Positions 18,761 to 27,699 of a DNA stretch of 64,000 nt are shown in pieces (positions within the stretch are counted from its first letter, which is position 1; each line of letters starts with the position of its first letter). This DNA is from Candidatus Eiseniibacteriota bacterium. GTDB taxonomy: Bacteria > Eisenbacteria > RBG-16-71-46. The stretch lies in the NCBI GenBank assembly GCA_044223005.1, contig JBGAML010000002.1:1-64000 (forward strand), read 5' to 3'. The notes under the pieces were generated by a model that searched no databases, was not told the DNA's origin, and worked only from the letters and a program-made list of their open reading frames with translations. The position numbers and the translations under genes were made by a program.

Positions 18761-18783
18761 CGCGGCGTGAGGAAACGGGCCGC

Positions 18784-18816
18784 CGCCGCCGCGGGTTCCA
18801 CCCGCGGCGGCGTTTT
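18784..18816 (+). terminator. Intrinsic terminator
   Basis: Perfect 12-bp stem CGCCGCCGCGGG-TTCCA-CCCGCGGCGGCG followed by TTTT. Confidence 0.75.
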
Positions 18817-18890
18817 CGCGCGGCGCGATGCGTTCCGCCCCGTGCCCGTGCTAGCGTGCGCGCCTTCGGTCACCATCCCCGGAGGAGTGC

Positions 18891-19496
18891 ATGCACAAGG
18901 GCCGGCTCGAGGCATTCAGCGACGGCGTCATCGCGATCCTGATCACGATCATGGTGCTGGAACTGCACGTGCCCGAGCACGCGGAGCTCGCCGCGCTGCG
19001 GCCGATGCTGCCCACGTTCGCGAGCTACCTGCTGAGCTTCGTGTTCATCGCGATCTACTGGAACAACCACCATCACCTGCTGCAGGCCTCGCACCGCGTG
19101 AGCGGCAGCGTGCTGTGGGCGAACATGGGGCTGCTGTTCTGCCTGTCGCTGATCCCGTTCGTCACCGCGTGGATGGGCGACACGCACGCCGCCGCCGTGC
19201 CGGTGGCCGCTTACGGCGTGGTCCTGCTCGCCTGCGCGGCCGCGTACACGGTGCTCGTGCAACGCCTGCTCGCCGCGCACCCGGGTGACACCGCGCTCCG
19301 CCGCGCCATGGACGCGCACGCCAAGGATCGCGTGTCGCTGCTGCTCTACGTGCTCGCGATCCCGCTCGCGTTCGCGCGGACGTGGATCTCGTGTGCGATC
19401 TTCGTCGCGGTCGCGGTGATCTGGCTGGTGCCGGACCGCCGCATCGAACGCGAAATGCGCGCGGATTCCGTGCGCACGGGAGGGACGGTCGAATGA
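18891..19496 (+). CDS. TMEM175-family potassium channel (DUF1211)
   Basis: RLEAFSDGVIAILITIMVLEL signature and YWNNHHH; six TM-like segments. Confidence 0.9.
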   Translation: MHKGRLEAFSDGVIAILITIMVLELHVPEHAELAALRPMLPTFASYLLSFVFIAIYWNNHHHLLQASHRVSGSVLWANMGLLFCLSLIPFVTAWMGDTHAAAVPVAAYGVVLLACAAAYTVLVQRLLAAHPGDTALRRAMDAHAKDRVSLLLYVLAIPLAFARTWISCAIFVAVAVIWLVPDRRIEREMRADSVRTGGTVE

Positions 19497-20032
19497 ACGG
19501 TACCGCCTGGCTGCAGGACGCGATCCAGCGCTTCCGCGAAGCGAAGCGCCAGTGCGACGGCGCGCTCGCGCAGGTGCCGTTCGAGCGGTGGAGCGTGCGG
19601 CTCGATCCCGGTTCCAACAGCCTCGTCACGCTGATGCTGCACCTGTCGGGCAACATGCGCTCGCGCTGGACGGATTTCCTCACGAGCGACGGCGAGAAGC
19701 CCGATCGCGACCGCGACGCCGAGTTCGAGGATCCCGCGTCGCTCTCGCGCGAGGCCCTGCTCGCGCGTTGGGAAGCGGGATGGGCGTGCCTGTTCGGCGC
19801 GCTCGAGCCGCTCACGGAGGCCGACCTCGATCGCACGGTGCTGATCCGTTCGCAGCCGCATGCGGTGCCCGCGGCGATCAATCGCCAGATCGCGCACGTG
19901 TCGCTGCACACGGGCCAGATGCTGTTCCTCGCCAAGCACCTCGCGGGCGATGCGTGGAAGACGCAGAGCGTCGCGCGGGGCGGATCGAAGGCGTTCAACG
20001 CCTCGCTCATGGGTCCCGGCGGGCCGCGCTGA
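19493..20032 (+). CDS. DinB-like DUF1572 family protein
   Basis: SNSLVTLMLHLSGNMRSRWTDFLTSDGEKPDRDRDAEF and HVSLHTGQ; ATGA overlap with the channel gene. Confidence 0.85.
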   Translation: MNGTAWLQDAIQRFREAKRQCDGALAQVPFERWSVRLDPGSNSLVTLMLHLSGNMRSRWTDFLTSDGEKPDRDRDAEFEDPASLSREALLARWEAGWACLFGALEPLTEADLDRTVLIRSQPHAVPAAINRQIAHVSLHTGQMLFLAKHLAGDAWKTQSVARGGSKAFNASLMGPGGPR

Positions 20033-20107
20033 GCGTCGCGCCGCACCGTTCCGGCGGTTCCGGCATCCCGACGACAGGCAGCATCCCCACCTCGGAGGAG
20101 TCCCGTC

Positions 20108-20665
20108 ATGGCCGTCCACGTCGTCGGTATCGCCGGCAGCCTGCGCCAGAAATCGTTCAACCGTTCGCTGCTCGCGGCCGCCCTCGAGCTGGCCCCGGCC
20201 AGCATGCACATCGACGTGGTGGACCTGAAGCCGATCCCGCTCTACGACGCCGACGTGCAGGAGGCCGGCTGGCCGGAGCCGGTCGCGGAGATGCGCGAGC
20301 GCGTGCGCGGCGCCGATGCCCTGCTCATCGCGACGCCCGAGTACAACCATTCGGTGCCCGGCGTACTCAAGAACGCGATCGATTGGCTCTCGCGCGGACC
20401 CGAGTCGCCGATCGCGGGACTCCCGATGGCCATGATGGGCGCGTCCAACGGCGGCTTCGGCTCGGTGCGCGCGCAGCTCGCGCTGCGGCAGGTCGCCGAC
20501 GGCTGCGGCCTGGTCGCGATGCCGCGCCCCGAGGTGCACGTCTCGCGGGCCCAGGACAAGATCGACGCCTCCGGCCGGCTCGTCGACGAGAAGACCCGGC
20601 AATCGATCGTGGCACTGCTGCAGGCGCTGGAGGCCTGGACGGAGATGCACGCCCGGCGGTCGTGA
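20108..20665 (+). CDS. NADPH-dependent FMN reductase (ChrR/SsuE-like)
   Basis: GSLRQKSFN and TPEYNHSVPGVLKNAIDWLSR; GGAGG RBS. Confidence 0.9.
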   Translation: MAVHVVGIAGSLRQKSFNRSLLAAALELAPASMHIDVVDLKPIPLYDADVQEAGWPEPVAEMRERVRGADALLIATPEYNHSVPGVLKNAIDWLSRGPESPIAGLPMAMMGASNGGFGSVRAQLALRQVADGCGLVAMPRPEVHVSRAQDKIDASGRLVDEKTRQSIVALLQALEAWTEMHARRS

Positions 20666-20889
20666 AGACTCGGAGGAATCCGGGCGCACGCGCGTGCCGC
20701 CGTCCCGGCGCGCGCCCTGGGCAGCGAGTTCCCGATCGGAGCGCGGGTGTTGAGCCCGATGCGGCCGCGCGGTAGCATTTTCACTCATCGATCCGCACGT
20801 CGAGATCAGCCGATCGCCGCGCCATCCCGCTGACGGCCCCCCGCGACGCCCGAGACCGAGATCCGCCGGTTCCTTCCGGGAGGTTCGCC

Positions 20890-21432
20890 ATGACGCGGTC
20901 CGTGTCACGCGGTGTTCGAATGCTTGCCGCCCTCGCGGCGATGCTGCTGTGCGGGTGGGCCGACGCGCGCGCGGCGCAATGGGTCACGAAGTCGCCCTGC
21001 GATTCCGTGACGATCCAGGGCGTGACGTACCCGCGGATCAAGTTCTCGGTCCAGAACCTCGATACACACGCGGGCTTCAACATGATCTTCGCCGACCCGG
21101 TCGTGCAGCCCGGCCCGAGTGATACGTGCAGCATCGTGAGCGCACTGGCTCCGCCCGGCTGGGCCACCCTCGTGGATCCCGTGACCATGAGAGTGCTCTG
21201 GTACGGGGTCACCTACGGAGCTTTCGTGGCTCCGGGGCAGGTTCTCGACGGTTTCGAGGCCGTCGTGACCCGCGAGCATTCCTGCTGCTATTACCTGGTC
21301 TTCGACAACGCCATCATGGAGCCGGCGGGAGCGGCGAACGTCTCGTTCGCATGCGACGGGTCCACGTGCGCCAACATGCCGGTGCCCACGCTTCGCAGAA
21401 CCTGGGGCGCGCTGAAGTCGGCGTACCGCTAG
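20890..21432 (+). CDS. Secreted Cys-containing protein with C-terminal TWGALKSAYR motif
   Basis: Signal peptide ending ARA; C-terminus VPTLRRTWGALKSAYR; GGGAGG RBS. Confidence 0.75.
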   Translation: MTRSVSRGVRMLAALAAMLLCGWADARAAQWVTKSPCDSVTIQGVTYPRIKFSVQNLDTHAGFNMIFADPVVQPGPSDTCSIVSALAPPGWATLVDPVTMRVLWYGVTYGAFVAPGQVLDGFEAVVTREHSCCYYLVFDNAIMEPAGAANVSFACDGSTCANMPVPTLRRTWGALKSAYR

Positions 21433-21631
21433 AAGCGCGATCGCTCGCCCGCGCAGCGGAATCCCGGGCCCGCGACGCGCCTCTCACGGGGCGCTGGCGA
21501 GGCCCCGACCGCTCGGGTTAACCTGCGCCGGCTTCCGAGACCCGGTGTGCGGCCACCATCCGCCCCGCCGGGGCCCCGAGTCCCCGTTCGAGTCATCCCG
21601 CGCGTCGCGCGCCGCAGGAGGTTCATCGCAG

Positions 21632-22282
21632 ATGTCCATTCGGACGATCGTCATCGTGGTCGTGGTGGTCGCGGCATTCCTGGGCGGCATCGCCTGGCAG
21701 TCGCAGATGCAGAGGGCGCCGCAGACGGCGAGCGCGCCGAGCGGCGAGACCGGCATGCCCGGCGGCTCGGACGCGGGCGGCATGCCCGGTGGCATGCCGG
21801 GCGGGCAGGTTGCTCCGCCGCCGGACGGCGCGCACCCCGGCCTCGAATGGAAGGTGCCCGCGAACTGGAACACGCTCGAAGAGAAGCCCATGCGCCTCGC
21901 GACCTACGGCATCCCCGCCGCGAGCGGTGACGGTGAAGGCGCCGAGTGCGCCGTCTTCTACTTCGGCCCCTCGCAGGGTGGCGGCGTACAGGAGAACTTG
22001 GACCGCTGGGTCGCGCAGTTCGAACATCCGGGCACGCCCGAGCGCTCACAGGCGGAAGTCGCGGGCTTCCCGGTCTACTACGTGCGCGTGACCGGCGACT
22101 ACCTCGCGCCCTCGGGCCCGATGATGCAGTCGAGCGGCACCAAGAAGGGCTACGCGCTGCTGGGTGCCATCGTGGAAGGCCCGGCCGGCCGCGTGTTCTT
22201 CAAGGTTACGGGCCCCGCGAAGACGGTGAAGAACTGCGCGCGCGAGTTCGAGGACATGCTGAAGACCATGCACAAGAGCTGA
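21632..22282 (+). CDS. Membrane-anchored hypothetical protein with GGMPGG linker
   Basis: AGGAGG RBS, N-terminal TM, low-complexity GMPGG repeats, then a globular domain (PMRLATY, GGGVQENLDRW, FFKVTGP). Confidence 0.75.
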   Translation: MSIRTIVIVVVVVAAFLGGIAWQSQMQRAPQTASAPSGETGMPGGSDAGGMPGGMPGGQVAPPPDGAHPGLEWKVPANWNTLEEKPMRLATYGIPAASGDGEGAECAVFYFGPSQGGGVQENLDRWVAQFEHPGTPERSQAEVAGFPVYYVRVTGDYLAPSGPMMQSSGTKKGYALLGAIVEGPAGRVFFKVTGPAKTVKNCAREFEDMLKTMHKS

Positions 22283-22304
22283 GCGACTCGCACGACGCAC
22301 GACG

Positions 22305-22335
22305 GCGCCCGCGGCCACCCGGCCGCGGGCGCTTT
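22305..22335. terminator. Hairpin between convergent genes; probable terminator
   Basis: Perfect 12-bp stem GCGCCCGCGGCC-ACCC-GGCCGCGGGCGC followed by TTT. Confidence 0.7.
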
Positions 22336-22340
22336 CGTGT

Positions 22341-22856
22341 TCAGCGGCGCCGCTTCACCACCAGTTCGCGCCAGCCGTAGGTGGGATCGACCTCGCGCGT
22401 GAACTCGGCCCGGTCGAGTTCGCCGATCACGATCTCGGCGGTGGTGTAGACGATCGAGCCGTCCATGAGGTGGCCGCCGAACGTGGCGCCGGTCGAGTCC
22501 GCGAACGCGGCGTGCACGTGCATGCCGTCGGCCGCGAGCGTGCCCGTGAGCGACACGATCTCGAAGTGGCCCTCGCGCACGCTGGCGCCCTCCTGGTTGG
22601 CGTAGCGCACGCTCGTTCGCGTGCAGCTGCCCGCGCACGACGCGATCCACGCGGCGCGGAGGTGCTTCGCGCGCGCGAATCGGGCGAGCTCGACGCGCAG
22701 GTCCTGGCCCGGCCGCAGGCGCAGCGTCCAGAAGCGCGCGGACGAGGGAAACGCGGAGGCGTACGTCGTATCGGCCGACGGCGCGCCGGCCGCCCGCGCC
22801 GCGACGGGAGCGAGCGTGAAGGCGAGGGCGAGGGCGGCGGCGGCGAGCGGGCGCAT
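22341..22856 (-). CDS. PPC domain (DUF296) protein with apparent signal peptide
   Basis: LRLRPGQDL, FEIVSLTGTL, HVHAAFAD..G..FGGHL and YTTAEIVI; N-terminus MRPLAAAALALAFTLAPVAARA after GGAGG. Confidence 0.85.
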   Translation of the reverse strand: MRPLAAAALALAFTLAPVAARAAGAPSADTTYASAFPSSARFWTLRLRPGQDLRVELARFARAKHLRAAWIASCAGSCTRTSVRYANQEGASVREGHFEIVSLTGTLAADGMHVHAAFADSTGATFGGHLMDGSIVYTTAEIVIGELDRAEFTREVDPTYGWRELVVKRRR

Positions 22857-22889
22857 CGATGGGCCTCCGGAGGCGGGTGGGCGGCGCGA

Positions 22890-22939
22890 TCTTGATGCGG
22901 TCTTGATACCACGCCCGCGGCTCCTTGCGCACGCCTGAC
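22890..22939 (+). promoter_or_regulatory. Candidate KdpE-binding direct repeats upstream of the kdp operon
   Basis: TCTTGAT at 22890 and 22901 (11-bp period), with degenerate copies CCTTGCG at 22923 and GCCTGAC at 22933; OmpR-type tandem arrangement. Confidence 0.55.
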
Positions 22940-22995
22940 GGGGTCCCGCGCTCCAATGGGTCGCAGGGCCGCGGGGTGCGGCCCGGGAGGCACTC

Positions 22996-23082
22996 GTGAC
23001 CGATTTCGGCTGGCTCTTCCTCGTCGTCGTCCTCTTCGCCGTCGCCCGGGCGTTCGTGCGCCTGTGCGAGCGGCTCATGTGA
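22996..23082 (+). CDS. 28-aa hydrophobic micropeptide upstream of kdpF
   Basis: GGGAGG RBS, GTG start, MTDFGWLFLVVVLFAVARAFVRLCERLM; below the ORF-track size cutoff. Confidence 0.7.
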   Translation: MTDFGWLFLVVVLFAVARAFVRLCERLM

Positions 23083-23090
23083 GGGTGCCC

Positions 23091-23183
23091 ATGCACGCCC
23101 TTCACGTCGTCGTCGGACTGCTCGTGGTGGCGATCTTCGCCTACCTCGCCGCCGCGCTGCTCTTCCCGGAGCGATTCGAATGA
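23091..23183 (+). CDS. kdpF: K+-transporting ATPase subunit F
   Basis: [30 protein letters not shown] with the KdpF YL..AL..PE.F signature; ATGA overlap with kdpA. Confidence 0.9.
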   Translation: MHALHVVVGLLVVAIFAYLAAALLFPERFE

Positions 23184-24940
23184 ACGCCGCGCTCGCGATC
23201 CCGGTGGTGCTCTACCTCGCGGTGCTCACGGCGCTGGCCGTGCCGCTCGGCGGCTTCATGGCCGACGTCTTCGAGGGGCGCCGGACGTTCCTCTCCCCGC
23301 TGCTCGGCGGGCTGGAGCGCGCGGTGTACCGCCTCGCGCGCGTCGAGCCGGACGAGGAGATGGGCTGGAAGCGCTACGCTCTGGCGCTGCTCGCGTTCAA
23401 CCTCGTGGGCCTCGTGGTGGTCTACGCGCTGCAGCGCCTGCAGGCCGTGCTGCCGCTGAACCCCGACCACACGGGGGGCGTGCTCGACCATTCGGCGTTC
23501 AACACGGCGATCAGCTTCGCCACCAACACCAACTGGCAGGGCTACGCCGGCGAATCCACGATGAGCATGCTGACCCAGATGCTCGGGCTCGCGGTGCAGA
23601 ACTTCGTCTCCGCGGCCACGGGCATCGCGGCGCTCGCGGCGTTCGTGCGCGGACTCGCGCGCCACTCGGCGCAGGGCGTCGGGAACTTCTGGGCCGACCT
23701 GGTCCGCTCGACGGTGTACGTGCTGCTGCCGCTCTCGCTCGTCACGAGCGCGATCCTCGTGAGCCAGGGCGTGCCGCAGACGTTCTCGGCCGCCGTGCAC
23801 GCGACGCGCGTCGAAGCGGTCGCCGGTCCCGACGGCCGTCCGGTGACCGAGCAGCGCATCGTACTCGGGCCGGTCGCCTCGCAGGTGGCGATCAAGCAGC
23901 TCGGCACCAACGGTGGCGGCTACTACAACGTGAACTCGGCGCACCCGTTCGAGAACCCGACGCCGCTCTCGAACTTCGTCGAGGTGATCGCGATCCTGCT
24001 GGTCGCCGCCGGACTCTGCTTCACGTTCGGCCGCATGGTGGGCGACATGCGCCAGGGCTGGGCGGTGTACGCGGCCATGACCACGTTGTTCGTGGCGTTC
24101 ATCGCGCTCGGCCTGTGGGCCGAGACGCGCCCGAACCCGCGCCTGGCCGCGCTCGGCGTCGAGACGCGCGCGGTCGCCGGCGCGCCCGGCGGCGCCATGG
24201 AGGGCAAGGAGGTCCGCTTCGGGATCGTGAACTCGGTGCTCTGGGCCACGGCGACCACCTGCGCGTCGAACGGATCGGTGAACGCGATGCACGATTCGCT
24301 CACGCCGCTCGGCGGCCTCGTGCCCATGGCGCTCATGCAGTTGGGGGAGGTCGTCTACGGCGGCGTGGGCTCCGGCCTCTACGGCATGCTCGTGTTCGCG
24401 ATCCTCACGGTCTTCATGGCGGGGCTCATGGTGGGACGCACGCCGGAGTACCTGGGCAAGAAGATCGAATCGTTCGAGATGAAGATGGCGTCGCTCGTCG
24501 TGCTGATCCCGCCGGCGCTCGTGCTGCTCGGCACCGCGCTCGCCGTGGGCGTGCCACAGGGCATCGCCACGCTGGGCAACCCGGGCGCGCACGGCTTCGC
24601 GGAGATCCTGTACGCGTTCTCGTCGGCCGCGAACAACAACGGCAGTGCCTTCGCCGGGCTCGGCGCGATGACGCCCTTCTACGACACGATGCTCGGTCTT
24701 GCGATGTTCTTCGGCCGCTACGCGCTGGTGGTGCCCGTGCTGGCGATCGCGGGTTCGCTCGCGCGCAAGAAGCGCCTGCCCGCCGGCCCCGGCACGCTGC
24801 CGACCCACACCCCGCTGTTCGTCGCGATGCTCGTCGGCGTCGTGGTGATCGTCGGAGCGCTCACCTTCTTCCCGGCCCTCGCGCTCGGGCCCATCGTCGA
24901 GCACCTGGCGCTGCACGCGCCGGTCGCGCTCGCGCGCTGA
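23180..24940 (+). CDS. kdpA: K+-transporting ATPase subunit A
   Basis: [47 protein letters not shown] and [10 protein letters not shown]. Confidence 0.97.
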   Translation: MNAALAIPVVLYLAVLTALAVPLGGFMADVFEGRRTFLSPLLGGLERAVYRLARVEPDEEMGWKRYALALLAFNLVGLVVVYALQRLQAVLPLNPDHTGGVLDHSAFNTAISFATNTNWQGYAGESTMSMLTQMLGLAVQNFVSAATGIAALAAFVRGLARHSAQGVGNFWADLVRSTVYVLLPLSLVTSAILVSQGVPQTFSAAVHATRVEAVAGPDGRPVTEQRIVLGPVASQVAIKQLGTNGGGYYNVNSAHPFENPTPLSNFVEVIAILLVAAGLCFTFGRMVGDMRQGWAVYAAMTTLFVAFIALGLWAETRPNPRLAALGVETRAVAGAPGGAMEGKEVRFGIVNSVLWATATTCASNGSVNAMHDSLTPLGGLVPMALMQLGEVVYGGVGSGLYGMLVFAILTVFMAGLMVGRTPEYLGKKIESFEMKMASLVVLIPPALVLLGTALAVGVPQGIATLGNPGAHGFAEILYAFSSAANNNGSAFAGLGAMTPFYDTMLGLAMFFGRYALVVPVLAIAGSLARKKRLPAGPGTLPTHTPLFVAMLVGVVVIVGALTFFPALALGPIVEHLALHAPVALAR

Positions 24941-24950
24941 CGGAGGACCC

Positions 24951-27023
24951 ATGTCGACTCCCGGAAAGGCCCGTCCGCTCTTCGACCCGCCGATCGTGCG
25001 CCGTGCGGCGCTCGACGCGGTGCTCAAGCTGGATCCGCGGCACCAGCTCCGCAATCCCGTCATGTTCGTCGTGTTCCTGGCGTCCCTCCTGACCACGCTG
25101 CTCGGGATCCAGGCGCTGGGCGGGCACGGCGAGGCGCCCGCGGGCTTCGTGATCTCGGTCGCGGTGTGGCTCTGGTTCACCGTGCTCTTCGCGAACTTCG
25201 CCGAGGCCATGGCCGAAGGCCGCGGCAAGGCACAGGCGGACGCGCTGCGGCGCGCGCGTGGCGACGTGATGGCACGCGTGCTGCTGGATCCGGCCGATCA
25301 CCTCTCGATCTCGGTCGTGCCCTCGAGTGCGCTGCGCAAGGGACAGTTCGTCCACGTGAAGGCGGGCGACCTGCTCCCGGGCGACGGCGAGGTCGTCGAG
25401 GGCGTGGCGTCCGTGGACGAAAGCGCCATCACGGGGGAGAGCGCGCCGGTGATCCGCGAAAGCGGCGGCGACCGCAGCGCCGTCACGGGCGGCACGCGCG
25501 TGCTGTCGGACTGGCTGGTGGTGCGCATCACGGCCGACCCCGGGCAGACGTTCCTCGACCGCATGATCGCGATGGTCGAGGGCGCCAAGCGCCAGAAGAC
25601 GCCGAACGAGATCGCCCTGGCGATCCTGCTCGCGGCCCTCACGATCGTCTTCCTGCTCGCGACGGTGACGCTGCGCCCGTTCTCGGCCTACGCGGTGCAG
25701 GCCGCGGGGAGCGGCTCGCCCATCACGATCACCGTGTGCTGCGCGCTGCTCGTCTGCCTGATCCCGACCACGATCGGCGGCCTGCTCTCCGCCATCGGCA
25801 TTGCCGGCATGGACCGCATGACGCAGGCGAACGTGGTCGCCATGTCCGGGCGCGCGGTGGAGGCCGCGGGCGACGTGGACGTGCTGCTGCTCGACAAGAC
25901 CGGCACCATCACGCTCGGCAACCGCCAGGCGACCGCGTTCCTGCCCGCGACGGGCGTGACCGAGGCGCAGCTGGCCGACGCCGCGCAGCTCGCCTCGCTC
26001 GCCGACGAGACACCCGAGGGCCGCAGCATCGTGGTGCTCGCCAAGGAGAAGCACGGTATCCGCGAACGCGACGTGCACGCTCTGGGGGCCACGTTCGTGC
26101 CGTTCTCCGCGCAGACGCGCATGAGCGGTGCCGACCTCGGTGGCCGGCGCATCCGCAAGGGTGCGGCCGACGCCATCGACGTGTTCGTCCAGCAGCAGGG
26201 CGGGTGGTTCCCCGAGGGCGTACGCGCCGACGTCGAACGCGTCGCGCGCGCCGGCGGCACGCCGCTGGTGGTGGCGGACGGTGCGACCGTCCTGGGTGTC
26301 GTGCAACTCAAGGACATCGTGAAGGGCGGCATCCGCGAGCGCTTCCAGCAGCTGCGCGCCATGGGCATCCAGACGGTCATGATCACCGGCGACAACCCGC
26401 TCACCGCCGCCGCGATCGCGGCCGAGGCGGGCGTCGACGACTTCCTCGCCGAGGCGACTCCCGAGGCCAAGCTCACGCTGATCCGCCAGAAGCAGGCGGG
26501 CGGCCGGCTCGTCGCGATGACGGGCGACGGCACCAACGACGCGCCCGCGCTCGCGCAGGCCGACGTCGCGGTGGCGATGAACTCCGGCACGCAGGCGGCG
26601 AAGGAGGCGGGGAACATGGTCGACCTCGACTCCAACCCGACCAAGCTGATCGAGATCGTCGAGACCGGCAAGCAGCTGCTCATGACGCGCGGCGCGCTGA
26701 CCACGTTCAGCGTCACCAACGACGTCGCCAAGTACTTCGCCATCATTCCCGCGGCGTTCGCGACCACCTACCCGGCACTCAAGGCGCTCGACATCATGCA
26801 TCTCGCCACGCCCGAGAGCGCGATCCTGTCCGCGGTGATCTTCAACGCGCTGATCATCGTCGCGCTGATCCCGCTCGCGCTGCGCGGCGTGCGCTACCGG
26901 CCGCTCGGCGCCGCGGTGGTGCTGCGCCAGCACCTGCTCGTCTACGGACTGGGCGGGCTCGTCGTGCCGTTCGTCGGGATCAAGCTCATCGACCTCGCGC
27001 TCGTCGCGCTCCACCTCACCTAA
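24951..27023 (+). CDS. kdpB: K+-transporting P-type ATPase subunit B
   Basis: [24 protein letters not shown] and [10 protein letters not shown]. Confidence 0.97.
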   Translation: MSTPGKARPLFDPPIVRRAALDAVLKLDPRHQLRNPVMFVVFLASLLTTLLGIQALGGHGEAPAGFVISVAVWLWFTVLFANFAEAMAEGRGKAQADALRRARGDVMARVLLDPADHLSISVVPSSALRKGQFVHVKAGDLLPGDGEVVEGVASVDESAITGESAPVIRESGGDRSAVTGGTRVLSDWLVVRITADPGQTFLDRMIAMVEGAKRQKTPNEIALAILLAALTIVFLLATVTLRPFSAYAVQAAGSGSPITITVCCALLVCLIPTTIGGLLSAIGIAGMDRMTQANVVAMSGRAVEAAGDVDVLLLDKTGTITLGNRQATAFLPATGVTEAQLADAAQLASLADETPEGRSIVVLAKEKHGIRERDVHALGATFVPFSAQTRMSGADLGGRRIRKGAADAIDVFVQQQGGWFPEGVRADVERVARAGGTPLVVADGATVLGVVQLKDIVKGGIRERFQQLRAMGIQTVMITGDNPLTAAAIAAEAGVDDFLAEATPEAKLTLIRQKQAGGRLVAMTGDGTNDAPALAQADVAVAMNSGTQAAKEAGNMVDLDSNPTKLIEIVETGKQLLMTRGALTTFSVTNDVAKYFAIIPAAFATTYPALKALDIMHLATPESAILSAVIFNALIIVALIPLALRGVRYRPLGAAVVLRQHLLVYGLGGLVVPFVGIKLIDLALVALHLT

Positions 27024-27032
27024 GGTACCGCC

Positions 27033-27629
27033 ATGCTCCGCGAACTGCGTTCCGCGTTCCTGATGCTGCTGGTCCTCACGGCGCTCACCGGCGTCGTCTA
27101 TCCGCTGCTCGTGACCGGCTTCGCCCGCGTGGTGTTCCCGCGCCAGGCTGGCGGCAGCCTCATCGTCGAGCAGGGCCGCGTCGTCGGCTCGGCGCTCCTG
27201 GGACAGTCCTTCGCGGACTCCGGCCGCTTCTGGAGCCGGCCGTCCGCGACGGCCGTGCCGTACGACGCCTCGGCGTCATCGGGCTCGAACCTCGGCCCCC
27301 TGAACCCGGCGCTCGACTCCGCGATCGTGCGCCGCGTCCGTGCGCTGCGTGCGGCCGATCCGGGCAACGTCGCCCCGGTCCCGGCCGACCTCGTCACCGC
27401 GTCGGCGAGCGGGCTCGACCCCGCGATCTCGCCGGCCGCGGCCGAGTACCAGATGCCGCGCGTGGCGCGCATTCGCGGCCTCGATCCCGCGCGCGTGCGC
27501 GAGCTGGTCGCGCGCTGCACCACGCCGCGCGCGTTCGGCGTGCTCGGGGATCCGGCGGTGAACGTGCTCGCGCTCAACCGGCTCCTGGACGCCGAGGCAC
27601 CTCGGCCCGCGCCGGCGCGGCGCCCCTGA
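27033..27629 (+). CDS. kdpC: K+-transporting ATPase subunit C
   Basis: GSALLGQSF, SSGSNLGP, DLVTASASGLDPAIS and VNVLALN. Confidence 0.96.
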   Translation: MLRELRSAFLMLLVLTALTGVVYPLLVTGFARVVFPRQAGGSLIVEQGRVVGSALLGQSFADSGRFWSRPSATAVPYDASASSGSNLGPLNPALDSAIVRRVRALRAADPGNVAPVPADLVTASASGLDPAISPAAAEYQMPRVARIRGLDPARVRELVARCTTPRAFGVLGDPAVNVLALNRLLDAEAPRPAPARRP

Positions 27630-27699
27630 TGCGCCGCTCGCCCCGGCGTGGTGTAATCCCCGGCGTCCCGGATGGACCCCGCCGGGCAGGAGCCCACCC

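Noticed and set aside
21752..21805. Short ggcggcatgccc-type repeats
   Set aside because: They encode a low-complexity GGMPGG linker within a CDS; not an independent element.
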